Shown: piece after piece, positions 61,937 to 64,000 of the stretch
Layout of the letters: each line of letters starts with the position of its first letter
How positions within the stretch are numbered: position 1 is the stretch's first letter
DNA from: Schmidtea nova
Taxonomy: Eukaryota
Length of the DNA stretch: 64,000 nucleotides
Direction: 5' to 3'
Assembly (NCBI GenBank): GCA_044892505.1
Contig: CM097882.1
Span: forward strand, 515,034,001 to 515,098,000
Made by a program: the position numbers and the translations under genes
Notes under the pieces: generated by a model
Told to the model about the DNA's origin: nothing
The model's input: only the letters and a program-made list of their open reading frames with translations
Database searches by the model: none

Positions 61937-61997
61937 TGTCCCATTATCTTCGAAGTTTCGAGATAATTGCTATAGAATTTTTGTATTAATAAATTTT

Positions 61998-63021
61998 AGT
62001 CATTCAATACCGTAGCGTTTTTCGCTTTCTCTTTCTGAAAGGAAAAAATAGATAAGAGGTTCTTTCTGAACTGAAAGCTGTTTACCAACAAGAGTGCCCA
62101 TCCACAGAAACAATTTATCGTTGGTTCAATTACTTTCAGAGTGGTAGAACCTCCGTGGTGGACGAAGAAAGATCTGGAAGACCCTCAGAAATTGATGAAA
62201 AAATAACGCAAAAGCTGCAGACAATCGTGCAAAACGAGAGAAAAATAAGGACGAGAGAGCTCACAATCCGTCTAAATGTGAGCAAAGGCACTGTGCATAC
62301 TCTCCTCACTGAAAGTGGTATTCGAAAACTATGTTCCCGTTTTGTGCCACGCTTCTTAACAGTGGAAATGCTACAACGACGCCTGGAATGCTGCTTGGAG
62401 AATCTGCAGATCAGGACCAATGTTGGAGTCCGTTTCATTGATAATATTATCACTGTGGACGAGGCACCGTTTTCCCTTTATGTCCCCGAATCTAAAAGAG
62501 TCTCAAGAATGGAAACTGCCAGGAGAAAGCAGCTCACTGAAAATGCGGTCCTCAACTTGCCACCGAAAGGCTCTCATGCTGACGGTGTTTTGGGACGCCA
62601 ATGGCATTATTTTGACTGACTTTGCTGAATCTGGCGTGAAGATCAATAGTTCTTACTACTCCAACATCGTGCAGCAAGCAAGGAAGGCACGACGCAAGAG
62701 CAGAGTGTGTGATCTCTATTTTTTACACGATAATGCAATATACACCAGCAGCGTTTCCATGGCCAAAATTGAGCGTTGCGGGCTCAATTTGCTTCCGCAT
62801 CCACCATTCAGCTCCAATTTGGCTCCCTCCGATTTTTTCCTGTTTAACCATCTTAAGAAGCATCTGCGGGGCCAGGTGTTTGTCAACAAACATGATTCGA
62901 GAGCAGCCGTGGAGAGTTTCTGGGAGAAAAGCCTCCAGAATTCTTCAAAAACGCCTTCGAAAACCTTGTTATTTGCTGGGAAAATTGTGTCAGTGAAGGA
63001 GGAAATTATTTTGAGAAATGA
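61998..63021 (+). pseudogene. mariner D,D34D-type transposase, disrupted
   Basis: QYRSVFRFLFLKGK, TIYRWF..F.SGRTSVVDEERSGRP, SRFVPRFL, ITVDE, HDNA...PHPPFSSNLAPSDFFLF, and a GGNYFEK* end. Confidence 0.92.
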
Positions 63022-64000
63022 GGCCTATTTACCATGCTTGTTCTAAATAAAAAGTTTTGTGTTGATATCTTAAGTCTTTCTATTTTAGTCTCACGACTTA
63101 TTGGGCGCACCACGTATCAGTTCTACTGGGCTTTGCTTATCGCTTTCTATACCGTTGCATTCATCTCTGGAAGCATTTCTGCCGAGTCTGTTTTCCTTTT
63201 ATCGTTTAGTGACGCATTAATGAAGTCCTTTATTGTTCTAAGTTGCCTTTCTACGATGCCGTTTGTGTTGTGATGATATGGGCTTGAAAAACAAAGCTCT
63301 ATTTCGTATTTCATATCTATATCTCCTTGAAATTGAAATTATTCGTTATGTATTTATTTTTAAATTGTCACTTGTATCCAACTTTTATTACTTTTCCCAA
63401 AGTTTTGATAGTAACTAGTTTTGCTTTTATTTGTGTTTATTTACCCACTGTGTGCTTACATTCACGGTGTTTGTCGAATCAAGGTTGTAGAAGTCAACCT
63501 TTCCGTTTTTACCGCTGTACTAAATGTCTCTTATTATTGGTAAATAAGGCATATATTGAGGACAATTGAAAGTTATTAAGTAAGATCTTAATGGTTTGTT
63601 TTTCAAAGATATTTTAATTAGGATGTGATATCCCTTTAATATCGTGGTCTTTAGACCTCCTTATTGATTTTGAGTTCCACATAAGAATACTCAACTTCGA
63701 CATGAATTTGTGCTTCAACCGCAACCTTCTGAGATCATTACTTTTCGTTTCGAACTATCATATATGTAAAAAAGTACCAATTTTTATATTTACATTGAAG
63801 TATATCGATGGGAAATAGACTGATTATTATCGGTTTTAATTATCATTATTAAAATTATTATTATAAACCTTGATGATATTTCATTGCACATTGCAACATA
63901 TTTCGAGAGTATTTAACATTTTATCCTTAATTGAATTTTATTTAATCTGTGTTTGCATTTTTCTCCTCAGACAAACTTACCAAGTGGTATGGAATATGGA

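Larger units (their letters stand above)
56716..61997 (+). mobile_element. NeSL/R5/Utopia-group non-LTR retrotransposon (RLE type), near full length, frameshifted
   Basis: Coiled-coil N-terminal ORFs, two zinc-finger-like motifs (58430-58590), Ulp1 protease, RT, CCHC knuckle and PD-(D/E)xK endonuclease, then a short 3' UTR ending AATAAA. The boundaries are approximate. Confidence 0.88.
56608..63114 (+). mobile_element. mariner (Tc1/mariner) transposon, ~1.2 kb without its insert
   Basis: Perfect 30-bp TIRs CGTGGTGCGCCCAATAAGTCGTGAGACTAA at 56608-56637 and 63085-63114, each flanked by TA. Confidence 0.95.
56380..63700 (-). mobile_element. Gypsy integrase remnant split by the mariner (pieces 63117-63700 and 56380-56605)
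   Basis: SPYHHNTNGIVERQLRTIKDFINASL on the right flank. Removing the mariner and one TA rejoins GAA CTG ATA TAT GGA TGG (ELIYGW) in frame, and KDRYEGP (GPY/F-like) follows on the left flank. Confidence 0.75.

Noticed and set aside
56600-62100. SL RNA, U2 snRNA or 28S rDNA target around the NeSL-like element
   Set aside because: No recognisable RNA-gene sequence at either junction; both flanks are mariner sequence.

Overview
This is AT-rich eukaryotic (metazoan) DNA made almost entirely of nested, mostly decayed transposable elements. The ~46-52 nt introns and a NeSL/R5-type retroelement suggest a planarian-like invertebrate, which is inference only. The centrepiece is a ~20.3 kb Polinton/Maverick (adintovirus-like) element at 10340-30679, with AGTAG termini, ~810 bp terminal inverted repeats (TIRs) and a perfect 6-bp target-site duplication (TSD, GTTATC). 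It encodes protein-primed PolB, adenain protease, major/minor capsid remnants, a chromo-integrase, a packaging ATPase and a small basic QxGG protein. It also carries unusual cargo: a two-repeat TATA-binding-protein (TBP)-like gene, a 4-5 exon spliced Asn-rich gene, a DEDD-like nuclease and an ORF duplicated inside both TIRs. The Polinton is interrupted by a pogo transposon, a Gypsy fragment and a 5'-truncated BEL/Pao LTR element. Elsewhere are a Helitron-like tandem array, three MULE remnants, a complete hAT element with 8-bp TSD, a pogo MITE, actin pseudogene fragments and an orphan coiled-coil ORF. At the right end is a three-tier nest: a Gypsy integrase interrupted by a mariner, itself interrupted at its apparent start codon by a NeSL/R5-like non-LTR retrotransposon encoding a Ulp1 protease, RT and a restriction-like endonuclease. 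No tRNA, rRNA or CRISPR array was seen. All family assignments come from motif recognition by eye; no database searches were run.
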